NCBI GenBank assembly: GCA_012295275.1
Contig: CM022675.1
Location: 5,580,001-5,644,000 of the forward strand
DNA length: 64,000 nucleotides
DNA from: Chrysomallon squamiferum
Lineage: Eukaryota > Animalia > Mollusca
Direction: 5' to 3'
Position 1 is the first letter of the stretch, and each line of letters opens with the position of its first letter. Made by a program: the position numbers and the translations under genes. Under the pieces are notes generated by a model. That model worked only from the letters and a program-made list of their open reading frames with translations. It was not told the origin of the DNA and ran no database searches. Shown here piece by piece: positions 14,680 through 29,108 of this stretch.

Positions 14680-16080
14680 GCAGCTAATTGAAAATCAAAG
14701 CACTGTATATTGCACAGTAACTCCCGGTTTTGTTAAAGTTAACTGATGTATGTATCTATGAATAATTATTTTTTCACTTCTTTTAAGTCATTTCTCTATT
14801 TTCTTATTCTTTGTCACCTTTCATTTTTGCTTTATTTTTTTCATTATTGTCATATATAGTCTTAATATCGAAAAGTGTCCGATATATTTACACATACATA
14901 CATACATACATATGTCTTCTCCCAGTTTGACTGTCGGAAATTTCAGTAATTAACTGTTTAGCAGCACTACCATAAAAGCAGTACATATATGTATATATGT
15001 TTGTATAATTACCTTTCTCTTTAATTAATCCTTTGTTTTCCTCATGTCGCGTCCTAATATCGAATCATACCAGTGACTTAATGTGTTTGTGTGCGTGTGT
15101 GTGTGAGTGTGTGTGTACGATTGTGTGTATGTGTGTGTGTGTTTCTGTTAAGAACAGTTATTTGAAGATCAATGTACTGTATATTAGAGTGTAACTCCAG
15201 TTTGTGTTCATTCTGAATGATGTTGTCGAAAGTAAACAGAAGAAGTATTTAACTTTAAATACCTACCACTTGGCATTATTAACTTATGATTAACAGTACC
15301 ATGAAATATATTACTATATATACAATTGTGGTTACCCTCTTTTAAGCCATTCTCAGACATCTAAAAGTATCACTGATAATTAATGAATATTAAGTGCAGT
15401 TGAATGAAAATTCCAGTATTGTTACTGTTAACTGAGATATGTATATGTAAATGTATATGTATGTGTGTGTGTAGGTGCGTGTGTGTGACTCCCAGTTTTG
15501 TTAATGGTAACTGAAGTTTAGACAGTAAACGAACGTGTCCTATCATTCAAAATGACTAAAATGTGTTATGTATGAGAGTATGCATATATGTATGCATGTC
15601 ATCAGAATATTCTTTTTATTCTGAAATTATTCAAATAATTACACAAACAGAAAAAGCAAGGAAAAAGCAAACGGTGAAAACAATTAAAGTAAGTAACTAA
15701 AGTACTTTCACTCTCACTGACCATCACTGACTTACAAATAACAGTACTGCTAAAAGTCTTTTTTAACTTTGAAGTCTAACATTTGTATGACTAACTTGTT
15801 AGCAACAGTACGATGAAAGCAATTCATATATATGTGTATATGTATATTCTTGTTTCTCTTCTTTTAAAAGATATATATATATATATGTATTCAGATCATT
15901 CAAAATCAATACACTTTGTTTTGCTCCGTCGTCCTCACAGATGTTAACTGAAGTGTGGACAGCAAAGAAGGTGTTCTGTCTTTTTTAAGATGTAAAATTT
16001 GTATTACTCTGTAATGAGCAACAGTGCCATAAAAAGACAATGCATGTGCATGAATGTATGTGCGCATGCATGTATCTGTG
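14680..16080. repeat. Degenerate tandem/dispersed repeat (..gaaaatcaa..actgtatatt..aactcc..gttaactga..); related copies at ~40070-41540 and ~56015-56400
   Basis: Motif recurs at ~14690, ~15160, ~15400 and ~15900. ttgaagtctaacatttgtatga is shared between 15769 and 56118. Confidence 0.55.
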
Positions 16081-18292
16081 TGTATACATGTTTCTATCTA
16101 TTGTTTTAATTTTGTCACTGAACATTTAGGAATCCTTCTTCATAACTACCGTCATGAATGTGTAATGTTTATCATAATGTAATTAACTCTATTTTCACGA
16201 AATGTTTAAATTCATTTCCTCGTGTTCATTTGAACGAGTAAAACTGAGCATGACTAACATGGAGTAAACATCTCAAAACATAACTTTCTGTTTAATTTAA
16301 CCTTTGTCAGTATTCCAGTTATTATTAATAGTATTATCATCATCATCATCATTATCATTATTGCTGTTGTTTCTTCTAGATACGACAGTAAACACATACA
16401 CATACACATAAACAACAACAACAACAATAATAATAATAATAATAGTAAATTTTGCTTTTGAGTAAAATACTAATACTACTAATAATAATGATAATAATAC
16501 AATAATAATAATAATTTTATTTCCTTATGAATAAATAAATAAATAAATAAATAAATTTAATTCTGACTGTGTAGATTTCATATTGTTTTGTCTAATTAAT
16601 TAAACATGTTTTTAGAAGGAATGAGAATACTGTATTTTGTAGAAGATGTTGATATCTTTCTCGTATTGGCTGAGTCACAAAAACAAATTACATTAACTTT
16701 CCTTTTTTTCCAATATTTTTCTCTCTACATAACCAACCTACTGATTGTTTGATCCGGTGAAAGTGTAGTTGTTTTTGCTGCAACTACTACTACTGCTACT
16801 ATACATGTTAAAGCCAGGACTACTACAATTTCTCTGCTACTACTGCTACTACTACTATAATGTATACTGATATTGCTGCTATTACTAGTGTTACTACTGA
16901 TTATAATAAAAGTAATAAGATCAATAATAATACTTCAGTTGCTGCTGCTGCAACTACCCTCAAAACTGCGATTCCTGCTGCTACCATTACTACTACAACC
17001 ACTGCCTTTATTGATACTACTACTGATACTACCAGTAATACTCAAAATATATTGATCAACTTATCCAGAATATTATAGATCTGTTACATTAATTAGTGGA
17101 AAACTATTTACAGCTGTGTTCATTAATACACTAAAGTTTCATCGTGAAATAAATGATATATCATCCGAAGTTGAAGCAGAAAGTATTAGTGAAATGAAAT
17201 GAAATGAAAAAAATTAACGTGCTAATCAGAGCTAGCTGTTGTGAAGCACGTTATTAGTGTACAAAGAGCCAAGTTTTAATTTCGTATGAACTACGTGCTG
17301 GGAGTAAAACAAAGTTCAGTTGAGATGGGACACACACAGCTCATCAGTCAACTCTGAAAGTGATGTGTGATATTCTGAAGTATTTTTTATTACGAGGTAA
17401 TTTTCTGCCACACTGTTTCCTACAATAACATTTCCTGAGCCAAAACTGAATTAGTCTAAATTCTGTGTGAGTGATCAGCATATATTATGACAAAATTTAA
17501 AAAAAAATCCGAATCGATGCATCATTTCACGTTATGTTCTTCTTTGAGTGAGTGTTACTCTAAATGTATAGGGTTACACAATGCATATCTATATCGTAGT
17601 TTCTGCTTTCTTTAGAAAAGAAAAAAATAACAAAGAATAAGTAAGTAAGTAAGTAAGTAAGTAAATAAATCAAACACTTCATTTGGGAGGAGATACTGTT
17701 TTTGAATTTCAGACGTACATTGTCATGTTGAAAATTACTCTCACTCAGTCTATTGACTCCCTTCAAAAACAGGAACCGTTGTCTTTCAATTACTTTGTTA
17801 TCTGTTATTGCAATATCTGAAAATTATCTCATTAACGAAAAACAATATCTGTTGAAAAAAGAACTATTAAAATATGTAATGATGACATGAGTGGAATGTC
17901 AGACAACTATAACTAACCAGTTACTTGGTCACTACAGCAATTTAGTCAACACTCACAAAACGGCTCCAGTAAGAAACCAGGTTTCCAGTCTGACATCAAA
18001 ACTACTTCAGATCACATCAGACTGGAAAATTAGATATTTGACAATGCAGGAACGTGCAAACATCATATTGTGAAAATTAAACTATCAGTTCTTTATAAAT
18101 GAACAAACCATATGGGATTTTCTTTGTTTTTAGAATTATATTTTTATGTACACGCAAACATACATACAAATAGATATATAAACCATTTCTCAGATTTCTT
18201 CTTTCCCGTTTTTCTTTTCTTTCTTTCTTATTTATTTATTTATTTACTTATTTATCTACTTATTTATTTGACTTTTTCAGTACAAAGTAAAT

Positions 18293-19045
18293 ATGTGGAT
18301 ATCATTCGTATACCTGATACTTCTAAGCTGTTACATCACACAAGGTAACTTTTTTCTACGATTTTTGTTTTCAGTCAAGTAACTAGGAATTAAAAACAAA
18401 TAATTCAGCTGTTGAAATATGACTTAGAAATAGGATATTTAAATAATGATTATTTTTTTCTTTCTCAAATAACTAAATGACATACATATTGACATTAGCC
18501 TTGATGAAAGTAAAATTAATTAATTTATTCATTCATTCATTCACTTTTGTTTTAAATTAATTGCATCACGATATAAATTATATGTGTTTAGTGCAGTTTT
18601 TTGTAGTGGAATTTCGCGTTTCTTAAAATGTAGCTGTATAAAGGTGATGAGCACTTCGACTGCACCATCTTCTTCTTCTTCTTCTTATTGTTATTATTAT
18701 AGTTATTGTTATTATTATTATTATTATTAATACATTTATACGTTTTTAGTTTACAATTTTCAAGCCTGACCTGTAATATAACTATGTCGCTAGAAATCAT
18801 GGCATTGATTTTCTTTGTTTTATTTATTTATTTATTTTTTAGAAAATGAAATTTGGATTGAGAATGTTAAAAAGTTTCAGAATCACAAATGTGAAATTTT
18901 TGTTTTAAGGTTTGCCTGATGGAACAAGCTGTCAACCTGATTCATATGGTGAACAATGTGAAAACAAAACATGTGAGGTATTTACTTGTTTCATAGTAAG
19001 ACAACAACATCAACAAAAACAATAACCACAACGGCAACCACGACA

Positions 19046-19100
<55 letters not shown>

Positions 19101-19997
19101 TAATAGATAATATATCTTATTCAATCATATAATTACTATTGAATGCAAGATGATATTTCAGTTATTGGCAACATTACCATTTATTAAACCTTTACCAGTT
19201 TCATATGTGTGTTCTATACAACTCACCCAGAATTACCCATTGTTTCCGCCTTGTTAAGTTATCCTCAACAGCATCCCATTATAATAGTTAGAGTCTCAAA
19301 TTGTGAATTTGACTGAATCACCTGTGTCCCTGGGCCAGAGGAAAGCAGTGTTTCCACGCCCCGCTATACCTGATCTTGATGCAGAGAGTGATACGAAAAA
19401 TAATGAAGCTCGGATTTTCCCGTAAAGACCCCCGATTTCAGCAGTAGGGACTCTACTTTTGTTAACTACGATTATAATAACAAATAATGATAGCAATAAT
19501 AATACTAATAATAATAACAACAACAACAACAACAACAATAACAGTAAAGGAAGTGTTCACTTTGTTTATGATGAAAAGTAATATCTTTATATCAAATTAC
19601 TTTTTATGTTTACCAACGAATATCAGTATTTTTAGTTCCGATTTCATTATATGAGTTTTAACTTGTATTCCAGTAGCTGAAATATAATTATATGCATTGT
19701 TTGTGTAACCATTAGTCTATATTTGTATTAAGAATTAGTATAATAAGGTTAGGCATTTCAATCATGTATTTCAGTTTAATTTTAGGGAAGTTTTTTCTAT
19801 TGTTCTGTATTATCCTTTAAACTAATGCTTATTTTTGACAGTACAAACATTTATTTGGCTAAAATTATTGGCATGTTTGTTTGTTGCTGTTGTTTGTTTC
19901 GTTGTTGTTGTTTGTTTTGTTATTGTTGTTATTGTTTTGGGGTTGGTTTTTATTTTTTATTTATTTTTCCATCTGCAAGAAAATAATAATAATAATG

Positions 19998-20046
<49 letters not shown>

Positions 20047-20093
20047 GTTATATATCAGCATTCACTTAAATTCATTCAGTCGTTTGTCTTAAA

Positions 20094-20133
<40 letters not shown>

Positions 20134-21407
20134 GTTAGTGTTCTTGTTGTTATTGTATATAATATAAATCTATTTATTTCAGATGAAGTTTCCTGTCAGA
20201 AAAGTTCTATGTTGATTGTCATTAATCCTGCTGGAACATTCAGTGGAGTCGTCTATGTTAAAGGTGAAAAATACACGAAAGGTTGCACGTTCACAAAATC
20301 AGTTCTACCCGCGGGAAAACAGGGCGTGGCTCTCAGTGTTCAGCATAGTGACTGCGGTGGGGTGACTCAGGTTGTTTGTAACTATTTATTTATTTATTTA
20401 TTTATTTGTTTTAAGTTTTTTTTTATAGCTTTTCTCCGCTCCGTACATATTTATTTGCCTGCTTTATTTCTTTAAATAAAATAGACTTTTTTTTGTTTTA
20501 TTATTATTATTTTTTTGTGTGTGTGAAATATTACTCTCATAAAAGAGATTGCATTTTTTCTGTGTACAAACCAGTATTTAAAACAGTATTGAACGTAACT
20601 AAAGCAGCTGCGACTCGTTTTTACAGCTAAATGGAGATCGAACTCGAGATGTGATCATTCAGTTCAGTGAAAAGTACATGACAAACCTCGACACAAAAGT
20701 CTCTGTCACTTGTGAGAAGAACGATTCTGCTACAACTGTGACTGTCACCAAAGTTATAACAAGCGAAAATGTGTTCCTGTTAGTCACTATCTTCTTTTTC
20801 TATTTCTGTTTCAGACTGTAGTTTTACATAGTATTATTAATAATACATGTAGTAGTCGTAATAGGAGTAATTTGCAAACTGTAATATCTATATCTATATA
20901 TATTATATATTATATGTATATATATCTTTGTGTTTTATCATTTAGTTTTATTTACTAGTTCATTAGCAGAATATTGTTTATATTAAAACGTTATAAACGT
21001 TAATTGTCAATATGCAGCTAATATTTGAACACGTATGACAGTAGTGCATTTTACGAACTGACTTCATATACCAAGAAATAAAACAATTGGTTATAGTGAA
21101 GAAGAAAATGTATATATTGAAAGTGTGAATATTAATCTTGTTTATGATATTATGTTTTACGTGTGTTTGTTTCTAATGTTATTGTGCAGAAACAGACAGA
21201 ATATCACAAACACAGTCAACTCAATAGACTCCTCGCTTGTCCATTTCAATATCAACCTCAAAGACGGGTCTTCAGTTTCAGAATCAGGAGCTGTATCGTT
21301 AGGTGAAGAACTTACATTTGAGTGTACTACAAGTATGAAAATGAAGATTTTTTTCTCATATTTTATTTAATAATAATCAAAATAATAGTAGTAGCAGTTG
21401 CAGTAAA

Positions 21408-21474
<67 letters not shown>

Positions 21475-22138
21475 TTATTATCATCATCATTGTAATACGT
21501 TAATTTTCATTTTTAACGTTTTGCAAGTAAGAGACAAACATATTTATAAAATTCGTTTCATTATATTCAGATTTGACCTCGACGGTACCAGATAAAATTG
21601 ACGATATTAAGCCAGGTAATGTCGATGTACTATAAAATAAATAAATATAACAAATATTCACTTCATGTTGATGAACTTATACATTCTGAAGTTTTGACTT
21701 AAGTGTACATTCTCCTATTTTGAAACTGCTGATAAACTGTTCCTAAACCGTTCTCGGCTATTTTATAAGGTGGAAACATATTTCTTCTGAATTATTTTTA
21801 ATAATACAAAAAATGATTGAAATTCTAAACCAGTCTTGGTGTTTTCTTTGTATCTTCAGCTGTGAGTTCATTCAGTTTTCTCTACTTAAACTTTCACATA
21901 CTGTAAATTAAAAATATCTACATTTATATATTCAGATAGATGTATGTGTGTGTGTGTGTGTGTAAATATTTAATACAAATGGATTGTTTATTTTTTGCTG
22001 TCTAAAGTTAACCTTCGTCTGGTTGATGGTAATACAACTAAAGAAGGTCGAGTAGAAGTTTTGTACAAAGTTAAATGGGGCAGACTGTATAATACTTATT
22101 TCTACCACTGTAGTTTGTAGAACTCTCGGATTCAAAAA
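18293..22138 (+). pseudogene. ZP-SRCR paralog A, truncated pseudogene
   Basis: Exons 18293-18344 (MWISFVYLILLSCYITQ signal peptide), 18910-18972, 20183-20370, 20627-20778 (ZP-N), 21190-21332 (start of ZP-C), 21571-21615 and 22008-22138. The last is SRCR1 with an 11-nt deletion relative to 47314-47455, giving a TAG. No further exons were found; homology ends near 22270. Confidence 0.85.
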
Positions 22139-23537
22139 GTAAGATAATAACAAACAGTTCTGATTCTTCTCTAATAAACAATGTATTGCATTTGCTAACA
22201 CCATCATCACCACTACAACGTAACTGTAATAACAACTGTTACAACATCAAAAACATATTTCTAGTAAATATGTATGTAGAAGCACACAAAGCAGATACTT
22301 GTTACATAAAATTAAATTGACAGCAATTTATATAACCAAGTGCTTCTGTCTGTGTACTAGACATATACATACAAACAATTTAAGGCAGATTAATTATTTT
22401 ATTACGAGAGAGAAAACAATAAGGAATAGAAATTGTTAACAACATGTAGTTAGATATCGGCTAAACATCGAAAATAAACATTCTTGAAACCGCTGTAGAG
22501 CAGATGTGACCCAGTGAATGAAAACAAAGAGAGGAATCTAGACACTTAGCAGGTCAAACTTTATATATAGCAGTTGTTAACTAGAGAATAATAAAACAGT
22601 GGCTTACCACACTACTTCATCATTCATAAAGAAAATAAGTGTCGACTGATGAACTCTGATTGCAATGTTAACCACAGCCTCGCGCAGTGTCACACAGATT
22701 TTCTGGCTCGCACAGTTGTCAGCCCTTTCACAAATAGCTTTAACTGTAGTTGAAAATTGCAAGGTAAAAATAAAACACACGGATCTGACAGAGAAAAATG
22801 TTGCCTCGTTTGATCTAAAATGGAATGTTTTGTCTTCATTACGTCAGAGATACTGAACTGGCACATACAGGTGAAATACCACTAAAGTTATCACTCTGAA
22901 AAATTCACAGTTAAATGTATCAGTATTAATATTTAACAGGCACCAAATAAAATTACTAGATAGGAAGTTAACGTAAATAAACGAAAACTTAATAAAATTG
23001 TTCGTATACACCTACATGGTATCTATAATAATGCATTTAACACTAATATTAAACATGAGCTAGTTAGACAAATAAATTGGTTTAAAGAGATTACTGAAAA
23101 CACAAGTTAGTGTTATAAGGATCATTGAATTTCGTTACAGTGTACTTAACTGTTAATGACAACTGCATAACGTAAGGTATGTCTCAAAGTATTTACTGTC
23201 TTTATATGTTTGCTTCATATCCCTACGTTTCACAAAATATAAACGAAAATTACATTAATTCCTCAAGAGAACTGAGAAAGGAGAAAATTAACAAAAGGAA
23301 GAACAAAAAGAATTACAAAAAATCCAAGAATATAGGAGAACACAATGTTTTAAAGAAGCATTATGTAATAATGGAAATATATAATTCAGAGTAAAAATGA
23401 TTTTATTGATGTCAGTATAGTAAATATTTATCTAAAACGATATAGCTTAAAACATTGTTATAACAACTATATTAAATATATAAAACTATTTTTATTAAAG
23501 AGAGAGAAAACTGTATTTAGTTGAAAATACAAGTGTG

Positions 23538-25280
<1,743 letters not shown>

Positions 25281-25668
25281 GATAGAAAAGGACAGAGAGA
25301 AAAACAGAGAGAGAGAAAGATAGAGAGAAAGACAGAGTGAGTGAGTGAAAGAGAGAAAGACAGACAGAGAAAGACAGACAGAGAGATAGAGAGAAAGACA
25401 GAGAGAGAAAGACAGATAGAGAGACAGAAAGAAAAGAGCTAGAGAGAAAGACAGAGAGAGAAAGAGAGAGAGATATTGGTTTTTTATTTATTTTTATTTT
25501 TTTCATTATATGCACACATACTACATTATTATTATTATTAGTATTATTTATTATTATTATTATTAACGATGATGATGAAGTTAGTTATGAATACACATAC
25601 AATTCATTCATGATGCAATACTTTAAAGCAGTTATTCATTGGACAAGATGGTTTCTTTGTCCTTACCA

Positions 25669-25771
25669 TATAAATACAGCAAAATACATCGTGAGATGTT
25701 CTGTGTTTTATTCCAAACACATCGAACTGTGTGAGGACAAAGATTCTTTTCTGAGTGTCACAAGAAACAAG
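25669..25771 (+). promoter_or_regulatory. TATA box and first exon of a diverged, collapsed third ZP-SRCR paralog (EVE inserted just downstream)
   Basis: Diverged homolog of 13750-13859 and 39140-39249 (TATAAATA 25669-25676; CAAG|GTaggt). Host homology ends ~25838, where viral sequence starts. Confidence 0.55.
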
Positions 25772-25839
25772 GTAGGTTCACGCTATATTACTTCTGTTAA
25801 TATATTTGTAATCATTTTTGTACGTTTGCTTGCAGCTGA

Positions 25840-26743
25840 ATCTGACAACAGAAGCCAATTTCCTGGCTTGAAGACAACTTTCTTGTGTTACCACTGCGAT
25901 AGATCTCTTCATGGAAGGCGTGTCTACTTGCCGAAGAAATTCGATGGAAGACCCGAATGTCTTCTTTTCTATGGAGGTAAGTATCTCCTTGACAACTCTG
26001 TGGTAATTCACATTGATTTTAAGATACTTAAAACCTAACTTACCAGGACCGGTGCTACAGCATATTTTGTCCGATTTGTCTTTATTCGACAAAACCCATT
26101 CCACTAATTGCCTTTCGTTCTTTGCTTCACTGGTCGTGATCAGAGTCTCTGTAATATCTGTAAACTTACACAAGTTTTCGTTTAGTTTTAACTTCTTTTG
26201 CTGATGTTTTGGTTGACCCGTGTCCTCGTCGTCCTCGGTGTCTCTTGCTCTAGACTCTTGTTAATTCTGCAGACCTGAGTGATTCCTCTCGTTTCAGCCG
26301 TCGTAGGCCTCGACTGTCTCTCTCCGATGTCTCGTTTTTATAGACAGGTGCAGCAGGAGAAGTCATCAACGGTTGAGAGTTTTCCCATGGATCGTAAGTT
26401 TGCGTGAGCTGACTGACGGGCGTTGTCTGCCTCGACGTAGATGGTATCGCTTCTGTAGACGTACATCTGAAACGACTTTGTCTTGTTAAATTAGTTGGTC
26501 GTCTGAAGTGTTGGTCTTGATCATCATCGTCTAGAAATTCGTTCACTGCACGTTTTTGAGTGAAGCCTTTCGGAGCAGGAGGTATCCGTGCAGTCCTGTT
26601 CCAAACTTCTGGCTTTTCCCAAACATTTGCCTCTGTCATGATCGCCATGCCCGACACGTCGTCAATTTCAGTAGATTTTTCTGTGTCCGAGCAGTCTGGA
26701 GGTAGCTGTATCCATATTTTGCCCAAGAATTTTGAACTGCTAC
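25840..26743 (-). pseudogene. NS1/Rep-like pseudogene (HUH nuclease region; truncated before any SF3 helicase Walker A)
   Basis: In the frame of track ORF 25778-26173: KSQKFGTGLHGYLLL (26570-26617; HUH motif II with the second His as TAC), then KRYHLRRGR (Tyr at 26444-26446; motif-III-like), an acidic/basic linker DTEDDEDTGQPKHQQKKLK, and a helical region ..EAKNERQLVEWV.. Several stops are present. Confidence 0.6.
26250..26726 (-). pseudogene. NS2/NP-like ORF overlapping the NS1 N-terminal region in another frame
   Basis: 158-codon open frame (Pro/Thr/Ser/Gln-rich, WEKPEVWNRTARIPPAPK) overprinted on the NS1 nuclease region, the usual position of NS2 in densoviruses. Confidence 0.5.
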
Positions 26744-26759
26744 CTAAAAATATGTACAG

Positions 26760-27260
26760 TTACTCTTTGATTTCCATGGGAAGAATTTGAAGGAATTCAA
26801 TCTTTGTGGACCAGCGTGTCACTATCTTATATTCTCATTCACGAGGCTCGGCATAAATAGAAAAAGGTCTGCCGTACTTGTCATATCTGTTGCTTGGGGA
26901 TTTGACCATGGGAGAAATATATCTTCTATTGAATAGTTGTTCAAGTTCTTCATTATACTCCGCTGACGAACCATTAACTTGTAATATTATACAATACCAA
27001 TGTTCGTTAGGATTATCCATGACTATTTACAAATGAACCGATACTCGGTGATGTTGATTCGATTTTTTGTTCTTATTTTCGTCGGAGGTTAACATGTCCT
27101 CATCGAATCGATAGTCAATGGGACACAACTGTTTTATTCTGCCTCCTTCGACGTTTCTACCCATCCCTAGTTCTATGCAGTCATAAGGATCTTTGTCTTC
27201 CACATGAAAAGAAGGATGGGTCGATTGATCTTTGTCGTTTCCAGAAACAATTCCAGCCAT
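26760..27260 (-). pseudogene. EVE ORF Y, unknown viral protein (in-frame stops)
   Basis: Track ORFs 27027-27260 and 26835-27020 are in one frame, separated by a single TAA. The same frame continues into 26250-26726. Confidence 0.45.
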
Positions 27261-27322
27261 ATGCTCTAGTTAAACTTTATCAGTAAGGTCGTAGCCCAAT
27301 AGCAACCATCGCATAATTTCAT

Positions 27323-27978
27323 TCAATGCATACGCGAACGGTTATCGGGCACAGTATTAAAATGAACAGACTGATTAAATATTTTGTTATAATCTGTGAC
27401 GTGAGGATCGACTCCTTTATCATCAGGTATTCTATCTTGGTTATTGATTAACAGCCAGTATATGTACTGAGGTAGATCGTGAGCTTGCTTTTTAGGCATT
27501 ATCTTATATTGATTTAAGTAATAATCTTTCTTAACGACATTAGGATCAGACTAGGAGACTTAAATACGCGGTTTAAATCGGTCAAAGTGATATTAAATTC
27601 AAAGACTTTCTTCCATTCAGAAAAATCAAGAAACGCACGAGACAACCACGTCTAGACTTGGTTTCCGTCTACAGACCAAAGCCAAACGTTGCCCGAATCG
27701 TTTGTTATTCTATCATCGTCTAAAAAGTGGACGATGTCGCAACCGAACAAATCTGTTTTAACGTCATGTTTAAAATCGAGACCAGGAAGCGTATTTCTAG
27801 TTTTAAACAGATCGAATCTCAAACTGTTATATGCTAATATAAAATCGTTTCCGTGGTCAGTTCGAGTGTAAACCATCCTGTTTTGGAAACGATATTTTCT
27901 CTTACGTTTGGGAAATGCAAATTTAGGATTGGCTGCGTAACCGGCTACTTCTCTAATCTTAGATAATTTGGGACACAT
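27323..27978 (-). pseudogene. EVE ORF X, unknown viral protein (one stop, at least one frameshift)
   Basis: MCPKL...PKRKRKYRFQNRMVYTRTDHGNDFILAYNSLRFDLF...WLWSVDGNQV*TWLSRAFLDFSEWKKVF.../DPNVVKKDYYLNQYKIMPKKQAHDLPQYIYWLLINN... Globular-looking composition, overlaps the capsid 3' end, no family recognised. Confidence 0.5.
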
Positions 27979-28922
27979 GTAATCGAACGTCTAATGAATT
28001 CGAAAGTGATAAAACATTTTACGAAAATGCACGCCGCTTGGACCACCGGACTATCTCTACCGCAATAGAGACAAGAGTTTGATTAAAAACTTTGTACAAA
28101 GACTCCGTACCACCAAAAGGTTTTCCTTTGAAAATGTCTTCTAACGTTCCGATATCACTGATATCGTAGTCTTTAATATTATACAAATGGGGAATGTACG
28201 GAAAGATTTTATCCAAGTATGAGTAAATTTCGAAGTCATGGTATTAATATCACCGATGAGGAATAAAAATACCTCTTGGAATTTGTAATTATTGTCCACC
28301 AATTGACATTGGTTTTTGTTTAAAAACTTCTGGTAGTTTTAATACTACTCTGGGCAGAGTAGCATTTTGTTGATTGACTGCCCACTGATTGGTGAAATTA
28401 CTACTGATATCGAAACTTTGATTGTTTTTAAACTTATCGACAACGAAATCTCCCCATTCGTGATTATAATCACAAACAGAGCAACTTGGGTTCGCGTACG
28501 AAATCCGTGCGCATCACTTGAATGTCACTTATGGAAGTGACTTCTTCGGTCGTTAAAGTACAATCTAATATTTCGAAACCTATATTAACGAGTCTGAAAG
28601 CTTGAGCTTTTTGCCACTGAATGGGAATTACGGAAGCTTTAGGATAGTCGTAAGGTAAAATTGGAAAACCTTCGTCTACTGTTTTATTAGTTTTATCGTA
28701 ATAAGTGGTAGTTTCGGCATTATCGTGTACATACCATTCAAATATCCGATGGAATGTCTTCCGAAACACTCTGTCTTGACCTTTGTTAAACAGTGGTCCT
28801 TGCGGCATACATTCAGTGTTAGGAACAGAAGTAGTTCGATTTTTACCATCGTTAATTCCTTCGCTCCCTCAGCTACTACCGTTACCGCTACTAGTTCCTA
28901 CAGCTCCACTACATCCTGACAT
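27945..28922 (-). pseudogene. Parvovirus-type single jelly-roll capsid (VP) pseudogene, ~325 codons
   Basis: Gly/Ser-rich N-terminus. EGF(P/Q)ILP.DYPKASVIPIQWQ.AQAFRLVNIGFEILDCTLTTEEV...DFVREPKL../CDYNHEW matches the parvoviral betaC-alphaA-betaD-betaE pattern (cf. AAV [40 protein letters not shown]; chaphamaparvovirus TGWHIIP..W.HF.TPKQW). After frameshifts come IGDINTMTSKFTHTW (betaG-like) and KFLIKLL./LY.GRDSPVVQAACIFVKCFITFEFIRR (betaH-betaI-like, 27988-28092). Confidence 0.75.
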
Positions 28923-28957
28923 TTTAAAATTTCAGTTAACACAGACTAAGCAATGAT

Positions 28958-29108
28958 ACTTACCACAACAATCGCTTACATGCAAAGATGGCGAATTTAA
29001 AAATATCTGCCTATTTATAAGATTTGTCACGTGACTGCAAATCACGTTCTCGCAAGATCTCAGTTTATATCGCATATGCGAGAAATAAAAAGAGAAGCGA
29101 GCGTAGCG
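28958..29108 (-). promoter_or_regulatory. Viral promoter/origin-like region upstream of the capsid ATG
   Basis: Elements in plus coordinates: AGCG repeats (29096-29108); inverted repeat ttctcgca/tgcgagaa (29047-29084) with a 12-bp palindrome tcgcatatgcga; palindromic E-box GTCACGTGAC (29026-29035); minus-strand TATAAATA (29012-29019); YY1-like AAGATGGCG (28985-28993); splice donor GTG|GTAAGT (28958-28963). Duplicated at ~3028-3178. Confidence 0.6.

Noticed and set aside
25610-26204. Plus-strand ORFs 25610-26038 and 26013-26204 as ambisense viral genes
   Set aside because: 25610-26038 spans the host/virus junction, and both are antisense shadows of the NS1-like frame with no motifs.
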